DNA of 64,000 nucleotides, from assembly GCA_030038475.1 (NCBI GenBank), contig JASHOU010000185.1:4540-68539 (forward strand), written 5' to 3'. The notes beneath the pieces were generated by a model. The model was given only the letters and a program-made list of their open reading frames with translations, did no database searches and was not told the origin of the DNA. Positions 9,191 to 16,442 of the stretch are shown piece after piece (positions within the stretch are counted from its first letter, which is position 1; each line of letters starts with the position of its first letter). The position numbers and the translations under genes were made by a program. The stretch is from Terriglobales bacterium (GTDB lineage: Bacteria > Acidobacteriota > Terriglobia > Terriglobales > Acidobacteriaceae).

Positions 9191-9226
9191 GCGCTTCAGC
9201 GCTCGCCCTGTTGGCGCTTCAGTGCC
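9191..9226. repeat. Pair of GC-stem/TTCA(TGAA)-loop mini-hairpins overlapping the 3' end and stop codon of the 491-aa gene
   Basis: GCGC-TTCA-GCGC (9191-9202) and GGCGC-TTCA-GTGCC (9213-9226). In gene sense they read ...GCACTGAAGCGCC...GCGCTGAAGCGC... = ...ALKRQQGER*. Confidence 0.6.
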
Positions 9227-10671
9227 CGGTCGAGAGTCATATCGAGCGCGGCGCGGGCTTTTTCGTATCCCTCGGGAGTGATCTTACCCTGTTTTCGCTC
9301 CACCTCGAGTTGAAACATTTCTTCTTTTAGGGCGTCAAGCAGCATTGCCGATCGCGGCGTTGGAGCGGCGTGGGATCGGGCGGCGTTTGCCAAACTTGCG
9401 TCCGCTGATCTTATGTCAGGTGAACTTGCGTTCTGCGGCGGTGCTGAAACCGCGGGGCGCGCAGCTCCTCCGACGGATGACGAGGACGACTCCGACAGAG
9501 GTGCGCGCGATGCGGCCGCAGCCGCGGATAAAGGGATGGATCCGGCACCGGATGCAGCTCCGGCCGAAGCGGCGGAAACGCCGCCTTGGCGCTTCGTGAC
9601 CACCCATCCGCCAAGGGCAAGCAGCAGGGCAAACGCGCCGAGGATCGGCCAGCGATATTGTTGCAGCGCATCGGGAACGTCGATCGGCGCGCCCAGTCCT
9701 CCGCCAGGACGATTGTCGGGCGCAGGTTGCGCCTGCCCATCGCCCGAAGCGCCCGACGACCCTGGCCCCATTCCGCCTGAGGCTGATTGAGCCGCCGATT
9801 GAGCCGGTTGCTCGGCAATCGTTCCTGTTCCGCTGATCGTGAACCCGAGCTGTTGGCCCACGTGAGTCTGCTGCGCGACTTGAACGACGCTGTCGGCCTG
9901 ATTCGGGTCTTGCATCGCATTGAACGACGACGACTCGGCAGCCGTGAAGTGCATCGATTTCGGCAGCATCACTACGAAATGCTCGGCGGGATAGAGCGGC
10001 TTGGGATCGACTTTCAGCTTTCCGGAGTAAGGCAGCGTGAACTCAAGCTGAAATTGGGTTTCTCCCGGACGGAGCGGGAAGTTGATGGCGTACAGGTTCT
10101 TCTCCGCCTGCGGAACAACGTCGGCGCTGATCGGCTGTCCGTTTGGAGCGCGCGCCTGCAACTGCAAAACCTTCGCCCCGGCGGGCAGGTAGAACTCGAA
10201 GTTGTGGTCGTTCATCTGCGTCACCGGCGGCGACGATGCGTTATTGACGGCGAAGAGGCGAATGCCCTGCAGGCTGCTCGAATCGGCCTGGAAGCGGAAG
10301 ACATCGGCGGTGAGGCTCAGGCCGTCAATCTTCTTGACCACGTCATACACCTTCACGTCGACAGAGTTGGTGCCGGGCGGGGCGATCTGGTGATAGGTGA
10401 CTCCCTGGTGAACGGCGCGGATGAGATGCGGGCCGGCATTATTGCCGTTCCCCGCATCTTTCAGCGCAAAACTGAATTTGCCAGCGGAGTCGGCCTTGGT
10501 GTTGGCGGCAACCTCCATGCCGTTCGAGAGGTTAATGAGGATGACCTCGTCTCCACCGGCGGGTTTGCCGGTGGTGCCGTTGGTGACGGTGCCAGTGAGG
10601 GTTTGAGCGGAGGCGGAGACAGCCAGCAGAATTATCGCGGCAAGAAAACTGAATTTTGTAAGTTTGTTCAA
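9196..10671 (-). CDS. Secreted/membrane-anchored hypothetical protein: N-terminal carboxypeptidase-regulatory-like fold, low-complexity linker, one TM, C-terminal CcmI-like coiled-coil motif
   Basis: Signal peptide MNKLTKFSFLAAIILLAVSASAQ, then TLTGTVTNGTTGKPAGGDEVILIN...ADSAGKFSF (CarboxypepD_reg style). TM is WPILGAFALLLALGGWVV. Tail is LKEEMFQLEVERKQGKITPEGYEKARAALD. Confidence 0.65.
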   Translation of the reverse strand: MNKLTKFSFLAAIILLAVSASAQTLTGTVTNGTTGKPAGGDEVILINLSNGMEVAANTKADSAGKFSFALKDAGNGNNAGPHLIRAVHQGVTYHQIAPPGTNSVDVKVYDVVKKIDGLSLTADVFRFQADSSSLQGIRLFAVNNASSPPVTQMNDHNFEFYLPAGAKVLQLQARAPNGQPISADVVPQAEKNLYAINFPLRPGETQFQLEFTLPYSGKLKVDPKPLYPAEHFVVMLPKSMHFTAAESSSFNAMQDPNQADSVVQVAQQTHVGQQLGFTISGTGTIAEQPAQSAAQSASGGMGPGSSGASGDGQAQPAPDNRPGGGLGAPIDVPDALQQYRWPILGAFALLLALGGWVVTKRQGGVSAASAGAASGAGSIPLSAAAAASRAPLSESSSSSVGGAARPAVSAPPQNASSPDIRSADASLANAARSHAAPTPRSAMLLDALKEEMFQLEVERKQGKITPEGYEKARAALDMTLDRALKRQQGER

Positions 10672-10764
10672 TCAGGCTCCTGGACTCAATTGGCGCTTGA
10701 TACTTAATTCATAAGGCTACGCATGGATGCTAACTCCACCAGTGCCGGTCTCTCTCGGAACGGC

Positions 10765-11067
10765 CTACGCCAGAAGTTCTTGCGGCACATGCACGCGGCG
10801 GACTTTGATCTTGCCCTCGTCTTTGCGGGCCTGCGCAAGATCGTAGGCTATTTGCATCCGTAGCCAGGTTTCGGCGGTGCTGCCGAAAGCCTTCGAAAGC
10901 CGGATCGCCATCTCCGGGCTGATGCCCGATTTGCCGTGAATAATGTTGTTGAGGGTCTGGCGCGTAACGCCCAAGATCCTCGCCCCCTCCGTGACGGACA
11001 AGCCCAGCGGCTCAAGGCAGGCGCTACTGACGATGCGACCTGGATGGGCGGGGTTTTTCATCGGCAT
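10765..11067 (-). CDS. higA: HigA-type antitoxin (XRE-family HTH)
   Basis: PAHPGRIV...[51 protein letters not shown] is the classic HigA/VapI HTH. It lies 22 nt downstream of the toxin gene. Confidence 0.85.
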   Translation of the reverse strand: MPMKNPAHPGRIVSSACLEPLGLSVTEGARILGVTRQTLNNIIHGKSGISPEMAIRLSKAFGSTAETWLRMQIAYDLAQARKDEGKIKVRRVHVPQELLA

Positions 11068-11089
11068 AGTGTTCTCCTCGTAGCCGGCC

Positions 11090-11368
11090 TTAGTGGTAAT
11101 CGATCAATTCAACATCAAATGCATCGTTTCCCTCGAACCGAAAAACGACACGCCAATTGGCTCGCACCGTTACGGACCAAAAGCCCTTCATGTCGCCCTT
11201 GAGCGGATGAAGGTGATAACCGGGGAGGTTCAGCTCCTGCGGGGACAGCGCGTCATCCAAGACAGTCAAGATTTCCTGCACTGTCTTGGCGAGATCCGGC
11301 CGGATTCCGCGACGGTCGTCATCTTCATACAGCCGCTTGAGACCGCGATGCTTAAAGCTTCTGATCAT
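11090..11368 (-). CDS. higB: HigB-type toxin (RelE/ParE superfamily, 'plasmid maintenance system killer')
   Basis: [18 protein letters not shown]....I.P........L..L.......[28 protein letters not shown]...D....DY.DYH pattern. The toxin-first gene order is characteristic of higBA. Confidence 0.85.
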   Translation of the reverse strand: MIRSFKHRGLKRLYEDDDRRGIRPDLAKTVQEILTVLDDALSPQELNLPGYHLHPLKGDMKGFWSVTVRANWRVVFRFEGNDAFDVELIDYH

Positions 11369-11372
11369 GCAG

Positions 11373-11392
11373 TATACACTGTAAAGTGTATA
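11373..11392 (-). promoter_or_regulatory. Probable higBA operator: perfect 8-bp inverted repeat TATACACT-GTAA-AGTGTATA
   Basis: It lies 5-24 nt upstream of the higB ATG and overlaps TATACT/TATACA -10-like hexamers. A tandem TTGTCAC TTGTCAC follows at 11393-11406. Confidence 0.5.
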
Positions 11393-11395
11393 TTG

Positions 11396-11701
11396 TCACT
11401 TGTCACAATATCCTTTAGCCCTGGAAGTCAGACCCTGCTCCAGCCGCGCGATCTCGGCCATGATGGCGGCCGCTTCTTCTTCTAACGACGAGCGCATGGA
11501 TTGGTAGTCCGCGTCGGGAACTTTGCCGGCTTTGTATTCGAAATTCAGGTCGCGCAGGTTTTCGTAGACTGCTTCTTTGCGCTCGCGCAGATAGCTTAGG
11601 CGCGTCTTCTCTTCTCCGGAGTAGACTTCGCCTGGAAAAAAGAAAACGTAGTAGAGACAGGCGACAGTGAAGACTGCGCAGACGAAAAGGGTCATGTTCA
11701 T
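11396..11701 (-). CDS. Small single-TM protein with CcmI N-module-like coiled coil (hypothetical)
   Basis: N-terminal TM LFVCAVFTVACLYYVFFF followed by RLSYLRERKEAVYENLRDLNFEYKAGKVPDADYQSMRSSLEEE. Position is downstream of ccmF-ccmH. The family assignment is from memory of CcmI/CycH N-termini. Confidence 0.55.
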   Translation of the reverse strand: MNMTLFVCAVFTVACLYYVFFFPGEVYSGEEKTRLSYLRERKEAVYENLRDLNFEYKAGKVPDADYQSMRSSLEEEAAAIMAEIARLEQGLTSRAKGYCDK

Positions 11702-11705
11702 AACA

Positions 11706-11813
11706 GCTCTCAGTTATCAGTCTCAGTAAAAGCGGTTCTCAGTTGCTAGTTCTCAGTTCTCGGTAAATGCGGCTTTCGGCGTTGGGCTCTCGGCTTTGGG
11801 CTTTCGGCTCTTG
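11706..11813. repeat. Two adjacent tandem arrays (GTTCTCA-type, then six GGCTYTC heptamers) in the ccmH-downstream spacer
   Basis: 11706-11767: GCTCTCAGTTATCAGTCTCAGT...GGTTCTCAGTTGCTAGTTCTCAGTTCTCGGT. 11771-11812: GGCTTTC GGCGTTG GGCTCTC GGCTTTG GGCTTTC GGCTCTT. Confidence 0.8.
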
Positions 11814-11903
11814 ACACGCAAATCTCGCGCCAAGAGCATCGCGAGCGAAACTCTCGCCCAAAATATGGCACCAGCGAATCGGAGCATCCACGACACAAGG
11901 CGG

Positions 11904-12506
11904 TCATACGTCGGTCTCCTTGCGGGCCTGGGCTCGGAACTGATCCAGTTCGTGGCCGTGCGGGATAGCGATGCCGTCGGTCAGGGCCGGCGTAGGCCGG
12001 CTCTTCCACGAGCGCACGATATAAACCGCGAGGGCTATGCCCAGCGCGAGAACCAAGAAGGGCATGATCCAGGCGACGCGATTGAAGCCGGTGGCGGTTG
12101 GCGCAGCGATCACCGTCGGGCCGTACTCCTGCACGAAGCCTTGCAGGATGAGGTCGTCGTTGTTGCTGCCGCCCTTGTCGATCGCAGCCGAGAGTTCGCC
12201 GCGCATTTTGTCCGAGGCCTGGCAGCCAACGTGATTGCATTCGAGCAGGACCTGGCCGCATCCGCAAGTGCACATCATGCGGTGGCCGAGGTCTTTGAAG
12301 CGGGCGTCGGTATCTCCGGCGCCGAGGAATGCAAACACAGCGAACGCGAGAGCGGCGGCTTGTAGCCAACGGCGCGGAGAGGGGGCGACCTCAGCGGCTG
12401 AAGCCGCATTTGCGAGAGGGTTGTTATCGCAGCGCTGAAGCGCTGCGCCACCCAAAAACAGGCGCAAAACCGACTTCTTCCGCAACCTGCTCAAGATCGA
12501 TCCCAT
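11904..12506 (-). CDS. ccmH: Cytochrome c-type biogenesis protein CcmH/NrfF-like (N-terminal ~40 codons are encoded by a hairpin repeat element)
   Basis: Signal anchor AAALAFAVFAFLGAG, thiol motif MMCTCGCGQVLLECNHVGC, MRGEL...I..G.S...I...FV..YG..V...P, and a C-terminal TM WIMPFLVLALGIALAVYIV. The ATG lies 1 nt after the ccmF stop. Confidence 0.8.
   Translation of the reverse strand: MGSILSRLRKKSVLRLFLGGAALQRCDNNPLANAASAAEVAPSPRRWLQAAALAFAVFAFLGAGDTDARFKDLGHRMMCTCGCGQVLLECNHVGCQASDKMRGELSAAIDKGGSNNDDLILQGFVQEYGPTVIAAPTATGFNRVAWIMPFLVLALGIALAVYIVRSWKSRPTPALTDGIAIPHGHELDQFRAQARKETDV
12394..12446. repeat. Double perfect hairpin element (GCGGC-TGAA-GCCGC ... GCAGCGC-TGAA-GCGCTGC) inside the 5' end of the ccmH reading frame
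   Basis: Stems of 5 bp (12394-12407) and 7 bp (12429-12446), both with TGAA loops. The 18-nt core CAGCGGCTGAAGCCGCAT is 17/18 identical to 18258-18275. Confidence 0.75.
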
Positions 12507-12507
12507 C

Positions 12508-14547
12508 TCAATCCCCCGCTCCCACTTCTGCTGGAGCGCGAACTGGCGCCGGCGCAGTCGCGCGGACGGCCGCCGCGTTCGGAATCAGTGCGGTAATAGT
12601 TCCGAAGACCATGATGATCAGCCCGATCCAGATCCAGGGCACCAGCGGATTCAAATGCGCCTTGATGATCGGGCGTCCCGTGGTCTCGTTTTTGCCTTCG
12701 TAGACGACATAAAGGTCGGCCACGAGAAACAGGTCTTCACGGAAGCTCGGATAAATACGCGGAAGCGTCTGCGGCTGTCCGCTGGCTTTGTAGAAGCGGC
12801 GCTCAGGATACATGGTCGTAATCTGCTTGCCGCCGCGGAAAACGTTGATGATTGCCCACTCGTTGCCGTAGTTGGGATTGTCATCCTGGGTGTAGGACTG
12901 GCAGACCAGCGTGTAAGGGTCAATGTTGATCTTATCGCCAAAGGCCATTTCCTTTTCGACTTCTTTATTGAAAGGCTGGCCGAGGATTCCGACGATAACC
13001 AGCGCCACGCCGAAGTGAACGATATATCCGCCGTAACGCCGCGTGTTGCGGTGGTAAAGGTGGAGCATAGCGGAGACGAGATTCATCCCGCTCTTGCCGG
13101 CAATGACGCGGCCCCCGCGCAGGAACTCTGAAATCACAGTGAAGGTCACGAGCGCCGAAAGAATGGCGGCCATCGTGGCATAGAAATACGAAGGATCCTC
13201 CCACGGGCGCACGCCGAACAGGATCATCATGCCGCCGACTGCGACCGAGCCGATGGCGGGAAAAAGAAAATTGCGTTTCAGGCTTTCGACGGACGTCTTA
13301 CGCCAGGCCAGCAGCGGTCCGACGGCGGTGAGCAAAAGCAGGAGCAAAGCAACCGGCACTGCGACGCGATTGAAAAATGGCGGACCGACCGTGACTTTGT
13401 GCCCTTGCACGAATTCCGAAAGGATGGGGAAAAATGTTCCCCACAAAATAGTGAAACAGACGACCAGTAAAAGCAGATTGTTGAACAGAAAACTCGACTC
13501 GCGCGAAACCAGCGACTCCAGTTTGTGCTCGCTCTTGAGATGATCGCGATTGGCGACCAGAAAGAAGCTGCAGACTGCCAACGTCAATCCGATGAACACC
13601 AGAAACCAGGTCCCGATCGAAGATTGCGCGAAGGCGTGCACCGAACTGATGACGCCGGAGCGGGTGAGGAAGGTGCCGAGCATCGAAAGCAAAAAGGTCG
13701 CGAAGATCAGCGACATATTCCACACCTTCAACATGCCGCGTTTTTCCTGCATCATCACCGAATGCAGAAATGCGGTGCCGGTGAGCCACGGCATGAGCGA
13801 AGCGTTCTCCACCGGATCCCATCCCCAATAGCCGCCCCAGCCGAGAACCGCGTAAGCCCAATGCGCGCCGAGAAAAACGCCGATGGTGAGAAAGCCCCAG
13901 GTCACCATGGTCCAGCGGCGCGTGATGTGAATCCACTTTTCGCCCGGATATTTCATGATGAGCGCGCCAAGCGCGAAGGCAAAAGGTACGGTGAAACCGA
14001 CATATCCCAGATAGAGCATGGGCGGATGGATGACCATCTCGGGATATTGCAGCAGAGGATTCAGTCCGTTGCCATCGCCGGGAAGCTGGCCCTGCATGGT
14101 GCCGAACGGGTGCGCGGCAAAATTCAGAATCAGCAAAAAGAAGACCTGCACCGACGCGATGATCACCGACGCGTAGGCAAACAGCCGCTGATCGGTTTTG
14201 TAACGCAGGCGAAGCACGAACCCGTAGCCGGCGAGCAGTAGCGACCAGAACAGCAGCGAACCCTCCTGCCCCGACCACAGCACGGCGAACTTGTAAGCCG
14301 CGGGCAAGTCTCGATTGCTGTGATGAAAGATATAGGCGATGGAGAAGTCGTCGTTGAACGCGGCCACCACCAGAACAACACCGGCGAGCAACACGGCGGC
14401 GAAGGTCGCAATCCCGGCGCGGCGCGCGGTTTCGCCGAGGCGAGCCGAAACCGCATCTTTGCCGAGTAATGCCACCAGTCCGGCGAGAAAAGAGTACGAA
14501 CTCAGCCCAAGCGCCAGCAAGAGCGCAAAACTGCCGATTTGAGACAT
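12508..14547 (-). CDS. ccmF: Cytochrome c-type biogenesis heme lyase CcmF/NrfE
   Basis: 679-aa polytopic membrane protein with the WWD motif WGGYWGWDPVENASLMPWL and conserved His-containing loops. Confidence 0.9.
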   Translation of the reverse strand: MSQIGSFALLLALGLSSYSFLAGLVALLGKDAVSARLGETARRAGIATFAAVLLAGVVLVVAAFNDDFSIAYIFHHSNRDLPAAYKFAVLWSGQEGSLLFWSLLLAGYGFVLRLRYKTDQRLFAYASVIIASVQVFFLLILNFAAHPFGTMQGQLPGDGNGLNPLLQYPEMVIHPPMLYLGYVGFTVPFAFALGALIMKYPGEKWIHITRRWTMVTWGFLTIGVFLGAHWAYAVLGWGGYWGWDPVENASLMPWLTGTAFLHSVMMQEKRGMLKVWNMSLIFATFLLSMLGTFLTRSGVISSVHAFAQSSIGTWFLVFIGLTLAVCSFFLVANRDHLKSEHKLESLVSRESSFLFNNLLLLVVCFTILWGTFFPILSEFVQGHKVTVGPPFFNRVAVPVALLLLLLTAVGPLLAWRKTSVESLKRNFLFPAIGSVAVGGMMILFGVRPWEDPSYFYATMAAILSALVTFTVISEFLRGGRVIAGKSGMNLVSAMLHLYHRNTRRYGGYIVHFGVALVIVGILGQPFNKEVEKEMAFGDKINIDPYTLVCQSYTQDDNPNYGNEWAIINVFRGGKQITTMYPERRFYKASGQPQTLPRIYPSFREDLFLVADLYVVYEGKNETTGRPIIKAHLNPLVPWIWIGLIIMVFGTITALIPNAAAVRATAPAPVRAPAEVGAGD

Positions 14548-14697
14548 CGCAGGAACCCCGCAGTACTTTACCGTATTTTTTCAGAGAAGCAAGCGCTATG
14601 CAATGACAGGCAGGGCCATAAGTGCGGGTTGGGTGCGGTATGGTCTGATCGCGGATTGGGCGGCTGAGCCTACGAACTCCGAAACGGGGTCTGGCAG

Positions 14698-15072
14698 CTA
14701 CTTCTCCAGAGGATAGCCCTTTTGCCGCCAATCGCGAATTCCGCCATCCATGGAGATGACATTCGTGTAGCCCATCTTCTGCAGATTATCGGCAGCCAGC
14801 GCGGAACGGAACCCGCCGCCACAATAGAGTATGAGTTCGGTTTGCAGATCGGGATATTTGGCCTCAATGTCGCGCTCGATCACACCCTTGCCCAGATGAA
14901 CTGCTCCGGGCAAATGGTCGGCGGCGAATTCGCGATCTTCGCGGACGTCGACGAGAACGAATTTCTCGCCGCGGTCCAGCCGGGTCTTGACCGCGTCAGC
15001 GCTGGTTTCGCGGACACGCTGTTTGGCGTCGTTGACAATCTTCAGAAAGCGCGGTGGATGCTGAGGGGCCAT
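14698..15072 (-). CDS. Rhodanese-domain sulfurtransferase
   Basis: FVLVDVREDREF...HLPGAVHL...LILYCGGGFRSALAADNLQKMGYTNV (active-site CGGGFRS loop). I chose the first ATG at 15072. The track start at 15117 is a TTG lying inside the repeat array. Confidence 0.85.
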   Translation of the reverse strand: MAPQHPPRFLKIVNDAKQRVRETSADAVKTRLDRGEKFVLVDVREDREFAADHLPGAVHLGKGVIERDIEAKYPDLQTELILYCGGGFRSALAADNLQKMGYTNVISMDGGIRDWRQKGYPLEK

Positions 15073-15073
15073 A

Positions 15074-15192
15074 TGATTTTGTAACTTTCTGATTTGCAAT
15101 TTTGACGTTGGTTCCAATGCCGGTTTCTTGAGCGCCAGAATACCAGACTTTTACATTACCGAATTGCCAAATTGCAAAATTGCCAAATTTCC
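15074..15192. repeat. Mirrored AT-rich octamer arrays (AATTGC(C/A)A) in the divergent rhodanese/SET intergenic region
   Basis: Right array: ATTACCGA ATTGCCAA ATTGCAAA ATTGCCAA ATTTCC (15155-15192). The left side (15074-15116) contains the complementary GATTTGCAATTTTGACGTTGG. Confidence 0.65.
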
Positions 15193-15228
15193 GCGAGCAT
15201 GGATTTCGTAAATCCATCTTATAGAACG

Positions 15229-15735
15229 ATGACCCTCGTTATTCGCCAATCGCGCATTCACTCTCACGGCTGCTATACCACCCGGCCGATTCGCAAAGGA
15301 ACGCTGGTCATCGAGTATGTTGGCGAAGTGCTCAGCTATGAACTGGCCGACGAACTCTACGATCCATTTCCCAACACCTATCTTTTTGGTCTGGATGGAG
15401 GCAAGCACATCATCGACGGTTTCGGCGTGGCGGCCTTCGTCAATCATTCCTGCCAGCCGAACTGCGAGACCGATCAGATTCGCGGCAAAATGTGGATCAT
15501 CGCGCTGCGCGACATTGCCGCCGGAGAAGAATTGACCTACGACTACAATCTCTACGACGGCGAGGATGACGCGCCTTGCACTTGTGGCGCCAAGCGCTGC
15601 CGTGGAAGTTTGTATTCGGCGGCGCACTTGCGCAAAATCGCGAAGAGGCGCGCGAAAGCGGCGACGGCAAACGTAGTGATAGCCGATGCAGCCTCTAGCG
15701 CTTCGTCGCCTCCCGTTTCGTCAAGAGACGCGTGA
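15229..15735 (+). CDS. SET-domain protein (putative protein-lysine methyltransferase)
   Basis: VIRQSRIHSHGCYTTRPIRKGTLVIEYVGEVL, FVNHSCQPNCE, GEELTYDYNL, and the post-SET Cys cluster CTCGAKRCRGS. The start is ambiguous (TTG 15172, ATG 15199, ATG 15229). 15229 gives the N-terminus typical of SET proteins. Confidence 0.8.
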   Translation: MTLVIRQSRIHSHGCYTTRPIRKGTLVIEYVGEVLSYELADELYDPFPNTYLFGLDGGKHIIDGFGVAAFVNHSCQPNCETDQIRGKMWIIALRDIAAGEELTYDYNLYDGEDDAPCTCGAKRCRGSLYSAAHLRKIAKRRAKAATANVVIADAASSASSPPVSSRDA

Positions 15736-15792
15736 TTTTCCCGGTGCTACAATCGTCTCTTCCGATTGCACTCGCGATCGGGGAGTCGTGTC

Positions 15793-16083
15793 TTGAACCG
15801 TGCTTCTGCCGGGTTGGAATCCGTAATTGCCAAAGCCCTGCATCGGGCGCCAACCAACGAGAGTGCGCTGCTGGCATGGCCGATCGCCTGCGGCAGCGCC
15901 GTGGCCGACCGCACTCGGGCGTTAAGCTTTTCCGAGGGCATTCTGCGCGTGGAGGTTGCCGACGCAGGATGGCGGCGGGAACTCGCCAACCTCGCACCGC
16001 GCTATCTCGCTTCCATCAACAAGTATTCCGCGGCATCGGTGCGGCGCATTGAATTCGTGGTGAAGGCGCAGCCGCAAAGATGA
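15793..16083 (+). CDS. DUF721-family protein (DciA-like fold, function uncertain)
   Basis: LLAWPIACGSAVADRTRALSFSEGILRVEVADAGWRRELANLAPRYLASIN....V..IEF pattern. The stop overlaps the gatC ATG (ATGA). TTG at 15793 has GGGGAG 7 nt upstream. The track start is 15766. Confidence 0.65.
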   Translation: MNRASAGLESVIAKALHRAPTNESALLAWPIACGSAVADRTRALSFSEGILRVEVADAGWRRELANLAPRYLASINKYSAASVRRIEFVVKAQPQR

Positions 16084-16418
16084 AAGTTACTGATAAAGAT
16101 GTCGCCTATGTGGCCGATCTGGCGAACCTCGAACTTACCGCGGAAGAGCGCGCGCGCATGCTGCGCGACTTGAACTCTATTCTCGAATATATCGGCCGAC
16201 TCAACGAACTCAATACCGACAGCGTGGCGCCGATGGCACAGGTTTCGGACCGTTATGGCGTCGATGAATCGCGCCAGGGCAGCGACCGGTTTGCGTACGC
16301 CATTCGCGACGATGTAAGAGAAGGCCTGCGCCAATCGTTGCCGCACGACGTTGCACTGAAAAATGCTCCGGAGACGGACGGAACATTTTTTGAAGTGCCG
16401 AAGGTGATCGAGCGATAA
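16080..16418 (+). CDS. gatC: Asp/Glu-tRNA amidotransferase subunit C
   Basis: MKVTDKDVAYVADLANLELTAEERARMLRDLNSILEYIGRLNELNTDSVAP is the canonical GatC sequence. It lies immediately upstream of gatA. Confidence 0.9.
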   Translation: MKVTDKDVAYVADLANLELTAEERARMLRDLNSILEYIGRLNELNTDSVAPMAQVSDRYGVDESRQGSDRFAYAIRDDVREGLRQSLPHDVALKNAPETDGTFFEVPKVIER

Positions 16419-16442
16419 CGACATAACGAAAGATAACGGCAA

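Noticed and set aside
9095-11813. Could the tandem arrays be CRISPR arrays?
   Set aside because: The period is only 7-8 nt with no unique spacers. The arrays are under 110 nt long, and no cas genes are present.
13298-14731. 477-aa minus-strand ORF overlapping ccmF in another frame
   Set aside because: It has an Arg/Gly/Ala-rich composition typical of off-frame translation of GC-rich coding DNA. The ccmF frame carries the WWD motif and coherent TM helices.
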